Both the position numbers and the translations under genes were made by a program. Of a stretch of DNA of 64,000 nt, positions 62,674 through 64,000 are shown piece after piece. This DNA comes from an uncultured Candidatus Rokubacteria bacterium (GTDB lineage: Bacteria > Methylomirabilota > Methylomirabilia > Rokubacteriales > CSP1-6): assembly GCA_963789955.1 (NCBI GenBank), contig CAWBMV010000034.1:576001-640000 (forward strand). The letters run 5' to 3'. Numbering within the stretch: the first letter of the stretch is position 1; every line of letters starts with the position of its first letter. The notes beneath the pieces were generated by a model that saw only the letters and a program-made list of their open reading frames with translations, made no database searches and was not told where the DNA came from.

Positions 62674-63341
62674 GGCAGGAGCGCCGCGATGTCGTCCATG
62701 ATCCGGCGTGTCACGTGGGAGCGAGCGCTCCGCCGCCCGTGGGATCCGTCGCCCGAGAAGCAGCGCGCCGGGCCGAACCTGACACCGATCGGGACGCGGC
62801 GTGGAATATAGCCGCGGCGTCCCGCGAGCGCCTCGTACGTGCCGCGGATGCCGGCCGGGATGACCGGCACGCCCGAGCGCAGCGCCAGGAGCGCCACGCC
62901 GGGCAGTCCCGGCTCGAGCCGGCCGCGCACGCTGAAGGGGCCCTCGGGGAAGATGCCCACGACGCGACCTTCCTGCAGACTCTGCAGCGCGCGGCGGAGC
63001 GCGCCGACATCGGCCCGATCCAGATCGATCGGAATCGAGCGGATGTTCCGATGAAAGATCGGATGCAGGGGCGTCGCGCGCCAGACGCGCGGCATCACCA
63101 GGAAGGAGATCGGGTCCGGGACGGTGACGCCGAGCACGACGCCGTCCAGATAGTTGTGATGGTTCGCCGCGATGAGATACGGGCCGCTCGCCGGCAGGTG
63201 CTCGAGACCATCGACGCGAAGATCGAACCAGCGCACCAGCGCTTGCCGGAGCGGCGGGCGGAGCGCGCGATAGAGGAACGGCACGGCTGGGGCTTCGCGG
63301 GTGATGCTCCCGGTCTCGGCAAGCGTGCTGGGGCCGGCCAT
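62670..63341 (-). CDS. 1-acyl-sn-glycerol-3-phosphate acyltransferase family protein
   Basis: NHHNYLD (HxxxxD), IFPEG. Confidence 0.88.
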   Translation of the reverse strand: MAGPSTLAETGSITREAPAVPFLYRALRPPLRQALVRWFDLRVDGLEHLPASGPYLIAANHHNYLDGVVLGVTVPDPISFLVMPRVWRATPLHPIFHRNIRSIPIDLDRADVGALRRALQSLQEGRVVGIFPEGPFSVRGRLEPGLPGVALLALRSGVPVIPAGIRGTYEALAGRRGYIPRRVPIGVRFGPARCFSGDGSHGRRSARSHVTRRIMDDIAALLP

Positions 63342-63363
63342 GTCGCGCGTTTTATAGCACGGT

Positions 63364-64000
63364 TCACCGAGCGCGGGCGAGCCGGTACCGGGCGACCGCC
63401 GCGTTGTGCTCGGCGATCGTCGCCGAGAAATGATGATGGGTGTCGTCCATCGCGACGAAGTAGAGGTAGTTCACCGGCGCCGGATCGAGCGCCGCCTCGA
63501 TCGCCGCGATCCCAGGGCTCGCGATCGGCCCGGGAGGCAGTCCCGGGTTGCGGTACGTATTGTACGGATGGTCGAGCCGGAGATCGGCCCGAGTGAGCGC
63601 GCGCCGTTCCTTGCCGGTGGCGTATTGCACGGTGGGATCGGCCTGAAGCGGCATCTTGAGCTTGAGCCGGTTCCAGAACACCGCGGAGATCGTCCGCATC
63701 TCGCCGCGCTCCACCGCCTCGCGCTCGATGATCGAGGCGAGCGTGAGCAGCTGGTGCACGGTCAGCCCGCGCGCGGCGGCGCGCGCCGTGATGTCGGCGC
63801 CCATCTTCGCGCGAAGGCGCTGCACCATGCGGGTCAGCATCTCCTCGGGGGTCATGCCGCGCACGAACTGATACGTATCGGGGAACAGGTAGCCCTCGAG
63901 GCTCGGCGCCTCGACCCCGAGCATCGAGAGAAAGGCCGGATCGGCGGCCAGACGGCGGATCGTGGCGCTCGGCGCCAGACGCTCGGTCTCGAGGGCGCGG
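63364..64000 (-). CDS. mltG: Endolytic transglycosylase MltG (5' part outside window)
   Basis: EGYLFPDTY, ASIIERE, LQADPTVQY, PYNTY..GLPPGPI. Confidence 0.95.
   Translation of the reverse strand, partial: RALETERLAPSATIRRLAADPAFLSMLGVEAPSLEGYLFPDTYQFVRGMTPEEMLTRMVQRLRAKMGADITARAAARGLTVHQLLTLASIIEREAVERGEMRTISAVFWNRLKLKMPLQADPTVQYATGKERRALTRADLRLDHPYNTYRNPGLPPGPIASPGIAAIEAALDPAPVNYLYFVAMDDTHHHFSATIAEHNAAVARYRLARAR

Overview
High-GC, gene-dense bacterial chromosomal segment from a diderm organism (lipoproteins, Tat substrates, O-antigen ligase, MltG). The gene mix (peptide ABC transporters, CoA-transferase, acyl-CoA ligases, enoyl-CoA hydratases, ECF sigmas) is reminiscent of soil lineages such as Rokubacteria/Methylomirabilota, but that is inference only. 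About 20 genes are split by single-base frameshifts, most simply explained as long-read indel errors. Main blocks: (1) 1-8.8 kb acyl-CoA ligase, Dpp/Opp permeases and ATPases, and CoA-dependent catabolic enzymes; (2) 8.9-14.5 kb, a tightly packed minus-strand envelope operon (secreted RQDRREL heptad-repeat protein, ECF sigma, zinc anti-sigma, small secreted anti-sigma-like protein, DUF3106-like 18-aa repeat protein, DUF1800 lipoprotein, Tat-exported DUF1501 protein) with a canonical ECF-type promoter, the best candidate for an undescribed system; (3) 14.6-24.7 kb SDR, a tandem palindromic repeat, orphan ParB-like protein, methyltransferase, HAD, GT4, BFD-like protein, epimerase, peptide ABC transporter, YjbQ; (4) 24.9-42.5 kb surface-glycan locus with an ABC flippase, MarR-type regulator, alternating SAM methyltransferases and GT4 glycosyltransferases, GDP-sugar enzyme, WcaJ-type initiator and O-antigen ligase, plus several deletion scars; (5) 43-54 kb amidohydrolase, amidase, CoA and sulfurtransferase enzymes; (6) 54-64 kb mltG-plsC-argH-lipoprotein-lysA-dapA-dapB-FAH-folB-folK-ECF sigma-anti-sigma. 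No rRNA, tRNA, CRISPR array, transposase or integrase was recognised.
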